Below, piece by piece: positions 50,356-59,635 of a stretch of DNA of 64,000 nt. The notes under the pieces were generated by a model, which had not been told where the DNA came from, searched no databases, and saw only the letters and a program-made list of their open reading frames with translations. A program made the position numbers and the translations under genes. The DNA is from a virus (lineage: Duplodnaviria > Heunggongvirae > Uroviricota > Caudoviricetes), in IMG/VR virus record IMGVR_UViG_3300046523_000117; one strand, 5' to 3'. The first letter of the stretch is position 1. Each line of letters starts with the position of its first letter.

Positions 50356-51654
50356 TTAAATCTGTTCCAAATCTTCTATGAACAACCCAGCAGGGGTCGC
50401 ATTCTTCCAGTAATTCCGTTTCGAGTCAAGGGCTTTCGCCTTGCCCATCTGGACTACAATTTCATCCTTGGTCAGCGAGTAGAATTCCATTCCTAATAGA
50501 CTCGGAACAATATCCTTGTCGAAGGTCGCAGTCAACTCCTTTGTGAGTGCTGCTTTGGTTTTCCCTTTAAAATCAAGCTGTTGGCCGAGGATCATACCGA
50601 TAAATTTGATCTTTGCAACCGCCACCTTGAAATTATGTTCCGATTCCGCCAATTGTTTTGCAATCCTATCAGAATAGAATGGCAAACGGAAGTCGCAAAA
50701 CTCCCGGACAACCTCATGCGGCCCGCTGAATTTCCGTAGCTTACGATCCTGATCCAGTACCGTAAGGTTTTCTGTGAACGACGACCGAAGCTTGAACATT
50801 TTGATCAATTCTTCATTCGACTTTGTATCAAATCCACGCTTCAAATCCACACTGAATCTAAAGCCGTGGTCGCCGCAGTCCTCGTCATACCGCAGGATGA
50901 TTCCATTCTCTTGCAGCTCGTCGAGGACTCTGATATAGCCAACCCGGTCGTATTTGAACGGGACTTCACTGATGATGGCTGTAGTCTTACCTTTCAGTTC
51001 GATAATACCAACCTGATCAAAGCCACCTTTTGGGTTGCGTTCGATCTTACCCTTGAACCCGTAAAAGGTTGGGGTTACATCAATTGTGCTGATATCCTTA
51101 CCCTGAACATATTTGATGCACAGATTTTTTACATCATTTAACGCATACGGCGGAATGTCGGTGGCATAGCCAGTCGCAACCCCGGAAACCCCGTTAACCA
51201 GAACCATAGGAATGATCGGCAGGTAATATTTCGGTGGAATGTGTTCCGGGTCTTCATGGGCTGGACAAAGATCGTTGTCTTTGAACAGCTTTTGGACCAT
51301 CGGGTGAACCTGTGCGAACACATACCGAGGCGCGGACGGTTCTTGAACCAGCCGGTCGCCAAAGTTACCATCACCAAGCAGGCACGGTTGATTGTTAGAC
51401 CAATCCGCAGCCATCTTTTGAGCGGTTTCCTGAGCGGCTGCATCGCCGTGGTGATAACCGTATTCAGCAATCGCCGCCAGCGATGAAACCTTGAGCCAAC
51501 GATTTGATGCATTCTTAAACGCTGAATACATAATGAATCGCTGCGATGGTTTGAACCCGTCGATCAATGAAGGGATGGCCCGCTCACTGATCGTGTACAG
51601 GGAGAAATCACGCCAAGGCCCAGCGGCAAATTGACTTAATGTAGTTTCGGTCAT
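50356..51654 (-). CDS. 52: DNA topoisomerase II medium subunit (gp52, GyrA-like)
   Basis: 432 aa; GyrA N-terminal-like breakage-reunion region; adjacent to gp39. Confidence 0.85.
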   Translation of the reverse strand: MTETTLSQFAAGPWRDFSLYTISERAIPSLIDGFKPSQRFIMYSAFKNASNRWLKVSSLAAIAEYGYHHGDAAAQETAQKMAADWSNNQPCLLGDGNFGDRLVQEPSAPRYVFAQVHPMVQKLFKDNDLCPAHEDPEHIPPKYYLPIIPMVLVNGVSGVATGYATDIPPYALNDVKNLCIKYVQGKDISTIDVTPTFYGFKGKIERNPKGGFDQVGIIELKGKTTAIISEVPFKYDRVGYIRVLDELQENGIILRYDEDCGDHGFRFSVDLKRGFDTKSNEELIKMFKLRSSFTENLTVLDQDRKLRKFSGPHEVVREFCDFRLPFYSDRIAKQLAESEHNFKVAVAKIKFIGMILGQQLDFKGKTKAALTKELTATFDKDIVPSLLGMEFYSLTKDEIVVQMGKAKALDSKRNYWKNATPAGLFIEDLEQI

Positions 51655-53477
51655 ACGTCACCAATTAATTTCTTACGGGCGTCACCAAATTTATTGTATG
51701 CGCCATACATTGCATCAAATAGAAGCGGATCATCGATTTGTACAGTTATCATTACCGGGCTTGCCAGAATGTCTTTGTACTCAGTTTTGCGCAGCGATCC
51801 AAGACCTTTGATGTATCGAATTTCATAACCCTTCAAACCACTAGCCGCTGCATCATAATCGGCTTTATCATAGAAGTATTTCCGTTCATCTTTCTTGGTT
51901 GCCACGTAAAGAGGCGTCCGAACGATTTTGATTCTATTCTGGTAATACAGATCCGGCCATAGCCAGAAGAAATTCAGCAACAGACCTTGGATGGAAAATC
52001 CATCAATATCTTGGTCAGTCATAATCGCAATCGTACCGTAATCCGGTTCAATTGCTTTTTGACCAATTTTCAAATTAAGGATATTGATCAAATCACCAAG
52101 CTCTTTGGTTTTCAGAATCTCAGTGGTGGTCATGCCGGTAATGTTTGGGATCTTACCGCGCAGTGGATACCCACCGTAAATCTTCGCCAGATCCTGTGTA
52201 CGGGCCGAAATGAACGGACCAATAGCAGAATCGCCTTCTGTAATGAATAGGGTCTTAGCACTCGCTACACGACCTGTAGCGGGGATATGTTTTTCAACCT
52301 TCTTGGACTGCAAGGCTTTTTCAGCCATTGTCGCAGCCCGAGCATCCGCAGCCATTTGTTTGGCTAGCTGTGCCTGAATGATCGGCATAATCAAAGCTTC
52401 ATTTTTCATGATGCCTTGAGCCAGCTTGTCGAACTTGACATTGGCAAACAAACCGGATACTTCACCACGCGGGTTGGTGATTCGTTCCTTGGTCTGAGAA
52501 TCGAATTTCATGTTCTTCATGCCACGTATCACAGAAACCACTTGTAAATGGCTCCGAATCTGACCGGGGGTAACTTCGAGCTTGTGTTTCTTTTTAATCA
52601 ATTCCCGTAGGGGGTCAATCAGTTGACCAATCGCATAATCAATATGCGTACCACCCTGACTGATGTTCAACCCGTTGACCAGAGACAGGCAGCGGAATTC
52701 TTCATCCTTACAATTCATGATACCAAGAATGATGGAATCATCATGGTGCAGAACGTTTTCAACAGAGAACTTATCCACCCATGCTTTAGCCGTGCCAGTC
52801 TTGATAGGCTCGCCATTGAGCTTGAACGTGATTGCCGGGTAGCAAATCGCCAGATTGACCAGACGGCTTTTAATCAAACCCATCATGGTTGCATCAATCA
52901 TCTGGACACCAAACCGAGGGAAATCCGGTTCGATATAGACTTCGGTGAATTTCTTGGTCGATTTCTTGACCGAAACGTCACGGATAGTCGCATTGTCTTC
53001 ACAGGTAACCACCAGATGCATTTTACCATCCGAGGTTGTACCTATGAATTTGGAACTGAATATGTTAGCCAGTGCAGAACCCACGCCGTTCATACCGATT
53101 GTGTCGCGGTCTGTATCAGAACCAAAGTTCGAACCAGCCTTGGTTTTACACCACGCGGCCACAGGGGTATAGATTTTCTCGCCGTCTAGGTCATCGACTA
53201 GGACAACAGGGATACCGCGACCGTTATCTTTGATCCAAAAGCTCTTTGCATCAACTTTGATATCAATAGCGTTAGCGAATTCGCCATTGGTCCGAATGTG
53301 TTCATCGATTGAGTTGTCAATCAGTTCGTTGATGATCTTGAACAGACCCGGTACAAATTTCGCACTTGTCCACTGATAATTCAGGAACAGGGACTGGGTT
53401 TCTTCGACCACAGATCCGCAGTACATCCCCGGTCGGAGCAGGATGTGGGCCTTATCATCTAGAATCTTGAAGCTCAT
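51651..53477 (-). CDS. 39: DNA topoisomerase II large subunit, fused gp39+gp60 (GyrB-like ATPase + TOPRIM)
   Basis: 608 aa; ELIDNSIDE GHKL ATPase motif at the N-terminus; the TOPRIM region continues in the same ORF with no separate gene 60 and no bypass element. Confidence 0.85.
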   Translation of the reverse strand: MSFKILDDKAHILLRPGMYCGSVVEETQSLFLNYQWTSAKFVPGLFKIINELIDNSIDEHIRTNGEFANAIDIKVDAKSFWIKDNGRGIPVVLVDDLDGEKIYTPVAAWCKTKAGSNFGSDTDRDTIGMNGVGSALANIFSSKFIGTTSDGKMHLVVTCEDNATIRDVSVKKSTKKFTEVYIEPDFPRFGVQMIDATMMGLIKSRLVNLAICYPAITFKLNGEPIKTGTAKAWVDKFSVENVLHHDDSIILGIMNCKDEEFRCLSLVNGLNISQGGTHIDYAIGQLIDPLRELIKKKHKLEVTPGQIRSHLQVVSVIRGMKNMKFDSQTKERITNPRGEVSGLFANVKFDKLAQGIMKNEALIMPIIQAQLAKQMAADARAATMAEKALQSKKVEKHIPATGRVASAKTLFITEGDSAIGPFISARTQDLAKIYGGYPLRGKIPNITGMTTTEILKTKELGDLINILNLKIGQKAIEPDYGTIAIMTDQDIDGFSIQGLLLNFFWLWPDLYYQNRIKIVRTPLYVATKKDERKYFYDKADYDAAASGLKGYEIRYIKGLGSLRKTEYKDILASPVMITVQIDDPLLFDAMYGAYNKFGDARKKLIGDV

Positions 53478-53487
53478 TAGGGATTCC

Positions 53488-53522
53488 TTTAAAATAGAAA
53501 AGGCATTCTATCACGAATGCCT
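53488..53522. terminator. bidirectional rho-independent terminator
   Basis: TAGAAAAGGCATTCtatcacGAATGCCTTTTCTTC. Confidence 0.7.
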
Positions 53523-53537
53523 TTTCTTCTAAACACA

Positions 53538-54182
53538 TTACAGGTCAGTGATTTCCATTTGACCCATTGCAAGCTTGACGCAGTTCTGCATTTCGATGAC
53601 AGCCTTAGCGATGTCGTGTCGTGCATCGTGCATACGGAAACCCGGAATTGTTTTGTATTCCCGGTCGTCCTTGTACAGCGTGGTCGCGGTCAGATCCATC
53701 AAAGCCCCGGAAATGAACGAACGGATATCACGGGAGTTCCAGAAGGCACCCGGCAATTTCATTCCAACGGTCGCCATCGCATCATCCATAATCGGGATAT
53801 CGAAATCCTGACCACGGCAGAACCGATAGGTACGCTTCTCGCTGCCTTTGTTGATTCCACGTTCGGCCAGATATTCGATAATCTGTTTCGAACCTTCTTC
53901 GAGGCTCACATCTTTCGCAGACGGCATCAGCTCACGGCGAACAACGTCGTCCTGTTTCTTCCACCAATTCAAGGTATCTGGATCGATCTTACGTCCAGCA
54001 TCCTTCTGTTGCTTCACGCTGAATTTGATGTAAAGAGCATCGTTGACATATTCGTCAAACGTTTTTGTTTCGTTGAAGTCGAAAACCAGAAACGCCGCCG
54101 ATACGATTACACAACCTGCTTTGGTGCCCAAGGTTTCAATGTCGAAACCGTACAGTTTGCTATCGTTACCGACTGTAAGCAT
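53538..54182 (-). CDS. dexA: exonuclease A (DexA, DEDD 3'-5' exonuclease)
   Basis: YGFDIETLG exo motif I, ~214 aa as T4 DexA. Confidence 0.75.
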   Translation of the reverse strand: MLTVGNDSKLYGFDIETLGTKAGCVIVSAAFLVFDFNETKTFDEYVNDALYIKFSVKQQKDAGRKIDPDTLNWWKKQDDVVRRELMPSAKDVSLEEGSKQIIEYLAERGINKGSEKRTYRFCRGQDFDIPIMDDAMATVGMKLPGAFWNSRDIRSFISGALMDLTATTLYKDDREYKTIPGFRMHDARHDIAKAVIEMQNCVKLAMGQMEITDL

Positions 54183-54763
54183 TACTGACCACCAACCATA
54201 TGCAGGTCGGCTTCTTTGACGAAAATACCGTCGATCATTTTGCCTTTACGGTCTTTGATCACGTTGTAGGATGCCAGCAAAGCGTCATCAAAACCTTCTT
54301 CGACCAGCAGGCAGCCAGACAGGGCGCTTACCAAACCGAGTGCATGACCCAGAGCTTCTTTCGCCAGTGGTGCGTTTTTCTTCGCGATACCGGTTGCCAG
54401 CTTACCGAACTGGGTAGACATCGCACGGATATACGCCGAATATTCGGTTTCGTCATCGAAGTAAACGAAAGTACGTTCCATGCCTACAGCATATTCAAAA
54501 CATTCTTCGATGGTAGTACCCATCTGAGACGCCAGAATGGTCAGAACAACCGCTGTATCACCGAGGCCATCTTTGATTTCGGCATAATTGTCTTCTTCCA
54601 TGCCAAGTGTAACTTCACCGAATTCTTCACACAGTTTCACGAACTGCGCTTGCGGGGTTGCACCCAGAATCAGGTTGCGGTCGCTACCCCACTGACGAAT
54701 AAGATCAAATACAGGTACGGTTGCTTCATTAATTGGGGATGTCATAAGGGTGCTTTTTTCCAA
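54182..54763 (-). CDS. MazG-like (all-alpha NTP pyrophosphatase) protein in the position of T4 gp56 dCTPase
   Basis: KLCEEFGEV...E / DGLGDTAVVLTIL MazG-type motifs; location between dexA and gene 61. Confidence 0.55.
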   Translation of the reverse strand: MEKSTLMTSPINEATVPVFDLIRQWGSDRNLILGATPQAQFVKLCEEFGEVTLGMEEDNYAEIKDGLGDTAVVLTILASQMGTTIEECFEYAVGMERTFVYFDDETEYSAYIRAMSTQFGKLATGIAKKNAPLAKEALGHALGLVSALSGCLLVEEGFDDALLASYNVIKDRKGKMIDGIFVKEADLHMVGGQ

Positions 54764-55764
54764 AGGTTAAATTCAAGTTGGGCTTGTAGCCCTGTCACAA
54801 TATTTGATTCAAAATACCGCTGAATCTCGCGGGCTTTCACGCCGTTCTGGACGCAAAGGTTTACGTCCTTCCAAGGGTATTTCCAATTCCGCCAGTTCAC
54901 GAACCGGGCTTTGCGATCAATCAATTGTTGATATCGCCGCAGAACCGAGACGTTACGGGGTTCATTGTCTAAAACGAAAATCCAGTCGTAACCCGCAGGG
55001 AGTTCGCCGGGGTTGACCGATCCACCAAAGATGCCCGTAGCGTTAGCCAAGAACATTGCATCAAATGCACCTTCCAACAGGAATAGCGGTTGATCCTTTT
55101 TGGCCCGGTCCATGCCCCACAATTTGAGGCAATCTTGAACCTTCACGGTCAGGTATTTCTTTTCTTCCACTTCCGGGTCGAGGCTTCGCCCCTGAAAGCA
55201 GATCAATTCCCGCTTCTCGTTGTAAGCGGGAATCACAATCCGAGCTTCCTCGGACTTGATTGTTTTGTACGTGTCTGGTTCGAACTGATTCGTCAGCTCT
55301 TTCCAGCTTTCACAGAAATACAGCTTTTCCAACCAATGCGTAGGCAGTTGTCGGTTTTCAATGTATTGCCGTGCAAAATGATCGTGTGGCAGGCTTGCAA
55401 TCGTCGGCAGGTCGTGAACCAATTCTGGGTCACCCGCATGACGCACCGGCTTTTCTTCCGCAACAGAAGTTTGCCGTTTGCCGTTACCATACTCCCGGAA
55501 CTTTTCCAAGGCCCATTCAGAATACAATGCTGGGTCTTGACGTTTCAGGAAGAACCCGAAATCAGATCCGCAGGTATCATCGTTAAAGCAGTGGAACCGG
55601 GTTTTGTTATCGGTACTGAAAAACCATGCACGCGACTTATACTTATTTTTAGCCGAGTCGCCGCAGATTGGACATCTAAAGTTATAACGACCGGGCGATT
55701 TCTGCTTGAACTGATCTAATCGGAGGGAAACCCGTCCGATGTACGCTTGGTCTATATGATCCAT
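54742..55764 (-). CDS. 61: DNA primase (gp61)
   Basis: N-terminal Zn-binding CPICGDSAKNKYKSRAWFFSTDNKTRFHCFN as T4 gp61; TOPRIM region. Confidence 0.85.
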   Translation of the reverse strand: MDHIDQAYIGRVSLRLDQFKQKSPGRYNFRCPICGDSAKNKYKSRAWFFSTDNKTRFHCFNDDTCGSDFGFFLKRQDPALYSEWALEKFREYGNGKRQTSVAEEKPVRHAGDPELVHDLPTIASLPHDHFARQYIENRQLPTHWLEKLYFCESWKELTNQFEPDTYKTIKSEEARIVIPAYNEKRELICFQGRSLDPEVEEKKYLTVKVQDCLKLWGMDRAKKDQPLFLLEGAFDAMFLANATGIFGGSVNPGELPAGYDWIFVLDNEPRNVSVLRRYQQLIDRKARFVNWRNWKYPWKDVNLCVQNGVKAREIQRYFESNIVTGLQAQLEFNLWKKAPL

Positions 55765-55769
55765 CTTAC

Positions 55770-56051
55770 CTACTCAAAGAATTGATCCAATCTTGGGTTA
55801 GCCAATTCAATCAAAATATCACCGTGGCATTTCTTCGGTTTGCACCAGCAAATCAAATCCTTGCCGCAGAGTTCATGAATGTCCTTGATCAACCCAGACG
55901 AATAAAGGTACGCACGAAACTTGTGAATCACTTCCGTGCGATTTCCATCAATTCCAATTTCATATGGATTCTCCCATTTCGAAGGGCGTCCGATATAGAC
56001 AGCCCCACGCGGGAGATTAGACTGGTTTCGGTTCCAGACTTGGATACACAT
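55770..56051 (-). CDS. hypothetical protein (93 aa)
   Basis: minus-strand ORF. Confidence 0.5.
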   Translation of the reverse strand: MCIQVWNRNQSNLPRGAVYIGRPSKWENPYEIGIDGNRTEVIHKFRAYLYSSGLIKDIHELCGKDLICWCKPKKCHGDILIELANPRLDQFFE

Positions 56052-56415
56052 GCTTTTCTACGAATTTGAGATAATCACGTTCGTATCGACCGGATCGCAA
56101 ACCGCCGACATGTCCACCATCCACCCGGACATCAACAGTCGCATTGGAAATCGAGACGATGGAAACCAATTCCAAACGTGGTTGGTCAGGAACCTTCACC
56201 CACCACTTTTGATTGACCGTAGGCACTTGCTTGACGGGCACTTCACCACTGGTAGAACTTGCTGTACGGGTAGAACCAGCACGGTTCGGAAAATATCGAT
56301 CCAGCAGTACACGATCCGATGGGGAAGTTGATTCCCGCAACATACGTTCAACCTGATCCCAATCGATAATAAAATGGTTCGGGACATTGAAACGGTTCAA
56401 ATCGTTCATGTGCAT
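56017..56415 (-). CDS. hypothetical protein (132 aa)
   Basis: minus-strand ORF. Confidence 0.5.
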   Translation of the reverse strand: MHMNDLNRFNVPNHFIIDWDQVERMLRESTSPSDRVLLDRYFPNRAGSTRTASSTSGEVPVKQVPTVNQKWWVKVPDQPRLELVSIVSISNATVDVRVDGGHVGGLRSGRYERDYLKFVEKHVYPSLEPKPV

Positions 56416-56717
56416 TATTGAACTACCGGGGCAACTGGTTTGACGCCGATCAGTGCGGCCAGATTGGTTTGCGCGGCTGTAGCCTGATCGATTTCTTCTT
56501 GGCTGGTCTTGTTGGCTTGTGCCAGAGCTTCGATCTGCGCTTCGTTTTCAGCGATCTTGGTGGTGTGTGCTGCGACTGCCGATTTCAGATCGGTAATCAG
56601 GGAATTGATACCAGAGAGAATCTGGGATACTGGTTTGGTAGCTTCGTTGTTACCAAACAGCGAGGAAAAGGAGAAGGGCTTGCTCATAATGTATGTATCC
56701 GGTTGGGTTGTTGTCAC
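56415..56717 (-). CDS. coiled-coil hypothetical protein (100 aa)
   Basis: minus-strand ORF. Confidence 0.5.
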   Translation of the reverse strand: MTTTQPDTYIMSKPFSFSSLFGNNEATKPVSQILSGINSLITDLKSAVAAHTTKIAENEAQIEALAQANKTSQEEIDQATAAQTNLAALIGVKPVAPVVQ

Positions 56718-56853
56718 AAGAGAATTGAACTATACCACCGATCCGATAGATTCTAAACAGAATCGCTCAGAATTTGTTTTGGGAGGCTTTACACCGAACC
56801 CCATACCATCGCATGGAATTTGATGTAAAGCGTCTCAGAACTGATTTGCGGGC

Positions 56854-58296
56854 TTACCACTGTACCTTTGCGGCCTCTGGGTTGTCAGGCTTCTTACGTC
56901 GCCCCGGCACCTTCGAATCATTCGCTATAGAAGCCGACTGATGCTGGGATTGAGGCTTGTTAGGTTGCTCTGCCACTTCTGCGAATCCATTATTAGGAAG
57001 CTCAGACCAGCGTTGTAGACCTTTATCCACGGCAATGAAGAACCGGGACCATTTCGACTTGTCACCGTATCGGGATTTGACCTGCTTGAACATCTGTTGA
57101 CCTTGCTGGGCCAATTCGTCGGTTTCAACGATACCCAGAATAAAGTCAGCAGTGTGAACCAGACCAGCCGATTCAGCGGTATCGCCCATGTCGATGTCGC
57201 TCTTTTCCCACGAACCACGGGTAGTCTGTGCAGCGGACCAGATGCAGGTATTGGTTTCGATAGCCATACCGCGTAATTCCTCTGCAATCGCCTTCACGTA
57301 GCCGTAAGAGTTTTCACCACCGTAGCCCACCCGAGAACTGGCACAGATCCCGAGGTAGTCAATGATGATGACTTGTGGAACGAAATTCTTCTTGGTTTTC
57401 AGCTCTTGCAGCAGGGTACGGAAATGCCCTACGTGCGCAGCCCCAGTTGGGAACTGTTTGAAGAACAGCTTACCTAGAGTCTTTTCCTTGAGCTTGGCGA
57501 TTCGTTGGCCGAAATACTCTTTAGGAATTGCATCCAAATCATCCATGCTGACATTCAGCAGGTTTGCATCAATACGTTTACCAATGGATTCTTCCGACAT
57601 TTCCATCGAAATATAAAGAACGTTCAAGCCCTGATTCAGATAGCCAGCGGCCAAATGGCACAGTCCAAGAGACTTACCGGCGTTGGAGCCAGCGAGAATC
57701 AGGTTAAGGGTTTTGTACTCGGCACCACCTTTGGTGACCCTGTTCAAAATCTCAATATCGAACGGAATCTTGGCTTCTTTGTTGTGATACGACTCGTAAC
57801 GAGTTTCCCAGTCTTCCATGTAGTTATGGCCGACCGATGTATCAAAACAGACGCCCAATGCATCACGCAGCATATCAGGAATGCAACCGATGTCTGCAAG
57901 CTTTTTGTTTCGTTTGTCCGGGGACATTTCAGCGTTAGCCTTAATTTCCAGTGCATCTTTCAATGCATTGTACAAAGCTTGCTGCTTACAGAAATTCTCG
58001 GTTTCTTCAACCATGAAATCTGTAAGGGATAGATCCGGCCCCGCGCCCTTGAGGTTGTCGATTTGAGCCGACAGAGTTTCATATACCCCTTCATTCAGGG
58101 ATGTATCTTTCTCAAGTAGCAGTTTCAGAACAGTAGGGTCAGGACGTTTGTTGTACTTGTCGCCAAACCCTCTGATATACGAAAACATACGCTGATCAGC
58201 GAAGTCCGAAAAGTATTCTTTTTTCAGATGTGGAATGACTGTACGAAAATAATCTTCGTTGTAAATCAAATTTTGGAAGATACTTTCTTCGATCAT
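56854..58296 (-). CDS. 41: replicative DNA helicase (gp41, DnaB-like)
   Basis: 480 aa; Walker A GSNAGKS; DnaB-family architecture. Confidence 0.9.
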   Translation of the reverse strand: MIEESIFQNLIYNEDYFRTVIPHLKKEYFSDFADQRMFSYIRGFGDKYNKRPDPTVLKLLLEKDTSLNEGVYETLSAQIDNLKGAGPDLSLTDFMVEETENFCKQQALYNALKDALEIKANAEMSPDKRNKKLADIGCIPDMLRDALGVCFDTSVGHNYMEDWETRYESYHNKEAKIPFDIEILNRVTKGGAEYKTLNLILAGSNAGKSLGLCHLAAGYLNQGLNVLYISMEMSEESIGKRIDANLLNVSMDDLDAIPKEYFGQRIAKLKEKTLGKLFFKQFPTGAAHVGHFRTLLQELKTKKNFVPQVIIIDYLGICASSRVGYGGENSYGYVKAIAEELRGMAIETNTCIWSAAQTTRGSWEKSDIDMGDTAESAGLVHTADFILGIVETDELAQQGQQMFKQVKSRYGDKSKWSRFFIAVDKGLQRWSELPNNGFAEVAEQPNKPQSQHQSASIANDSKVPGRRKKPDNPEAAKVQW

Positions 58297-58305
58297 GCTA
58301 CACCT

Positions 58306-58542
58306 TTAATCTATATCAATTGGTTTGTTGTTTAGTTCATCGCGTTCAACTTCACGGCGCAGAAGGTCTTGGAATGCTCGGTTAAGCATCAGCTCGATTT
58401 CTTCGTTCGTGAACTTGCGTTCTTTGTCGATACACACCCAAGTGCATCGAAGCTGGCCGGTATCATCGATACCAGCCTCCGTAACTCCGATATTCTGCCC
58501 GTTTAGATCAAACAGAATATAATGCTGTTGGGCATCAGTCAT
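58306..58542 (-). CDS. hypothetical protein (~78 aa)
   Basis: ORF trimmed to MTDAQQHY to avoid overlapping uvsX. Confidence 0.45.
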   Translation of the reverse strand: MTDAQQHYILFDLNGQNIGVTEAGIDDTGQLRCTWVCIDKERKFTNEEIELMLNRAFQDLLRREVERDELNNKPIDID

Positions 58543-59629
58543 TCTTGGACTCTTTGAGGAAGTCTGTGAATTCCGCCTCATGGTTTGTATCCATTTCGGT
58601 CGCTTTCAACATATACGTGTCTTCAACGAAATCACGGAACGACTTACGGCGCATGATTTCCATCAAATAGTTGTTGGTAGCTTCCAGCTCGGCACGACGG
58701 AATTTCTTCCCTTCGTACAGGACTTCCCCGGTATCCTTGTTCACCAATTGATAGAATCCTTTGGTTGGGCTGATAATCGACCCTTCCTCAAGACCCAGCT
58801 CAAAGATGCCGGACATCGGTTGCACACCACCCGCGAACGATACGTGGATTGGGAACTTGGATTTTTCAACCACGAATCGCGATTTCTCGATGATCAGTGT
58901 GAATTTGAATCCGGTTAGGTCTGTACCGTCTTTATCTTGCGACTTGGAGATAAACAGAACTGTGTTCGAGGACAACATACCGCCCTGACCACCACCCATG
59001 ATTTGTTTCGGATACATACCCTGTTCGTTGTACGTGTGGTTAATCACGATACAAGGGATGTTCTTCGACTGGAAATGCGGGGTGATAATACGGAACATCG
59101 ATTTCAGTTGTTTCGCACGAGTCATGTCAGCAGCGCTGTTTTCACTCAATGCGTCATCAACTTCTTTCTTCGAAGCCAAGTTACCGATGGAATCCACCAA
59201 GAACACAACCTTTTCGCCACGCTTGATGTTGTCCAGCAACTGGGCGAATTCGAATTTCAGTTGTTCGATGTTGTAAATCGGTACGTGCATAACACGGCTC
59301 GAATCAATACCAAACGATTTCAGGTATTCGTCGGTGATACCAAACTCGGAGTCCAACAGAACGCACATGGCGTCTTTATGTTTCCGCAGATAGGCCGCAA
59401 CCAACAGCAACGCGAAGTTGGTTTTAAAGTGTTTCGATTCCGCCGCAATGGACAGAATACCCGATGGAAGTCCACCGGTAATTTTGCCGCTCAACGCCAC
59501 GTTCAAGATCGGAACGGATGTTGGGGCAAAATCTTTCTCATTGAACAACGTCGATTCCGACAGTACCGCAACATCCTCGCGGGTTGTAGCTTTTAACAGA
59601 CGTTGCATCAAATTCGATTTTTCGCTCAT
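58535..59629 (-). CDS. uvsX: UvsX recombinase (RecA-like)
   Basis: 364 aa; RecA core. Confidence 0.85.
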   Translation of the reverse strand: MSEKSNLMQRLLKATTREDVAVLSESTLFNEKDFAPTSVPILNVALSGKITGGLPSGILSIAAESKHFKTNFALLLVAAYLRKHKDAMCVLLDSEFGITDEYLKSFGIDSSRVMHVPIYNIEQLKFEFAQLLDNIKRGEKVVFLVDSIGNLASKKEVDDALSENSAADMTRAKQLKSMFRIITPHFQSKNIPCIVINHTYNEQGMYPKQIMGGGQGGMLSSNTVLFISKSQDKDGTDLTGFKFTLIIEKSRFVVEKSKFPIHVSFAGGVQPMSGIFELGLEEGSIISPTKGFYQLVNKDTGEVLYEGKKFRRAELEATNNYLMEIMRRKSFRDFVEDTYMLKATEMDTNHEAEFTDFLKESKND

Positions 59630-59635
59630 ACTTAC

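Noticed and set aside
51651-53477. Gene 60 translational bypass element or intron in the topoisomerase gene
   Set aside because: The reading frame is continuous through the 39/60 junction region. There is no in-frame stop followed by a hairpin, and no intron-like insertion.
53517-54823. Plus-strand ORFs 53517..54188 and 54200..54823
   Set aside because: They are antisense to dexA and the MazG-like gene, and are shadow ORFs.
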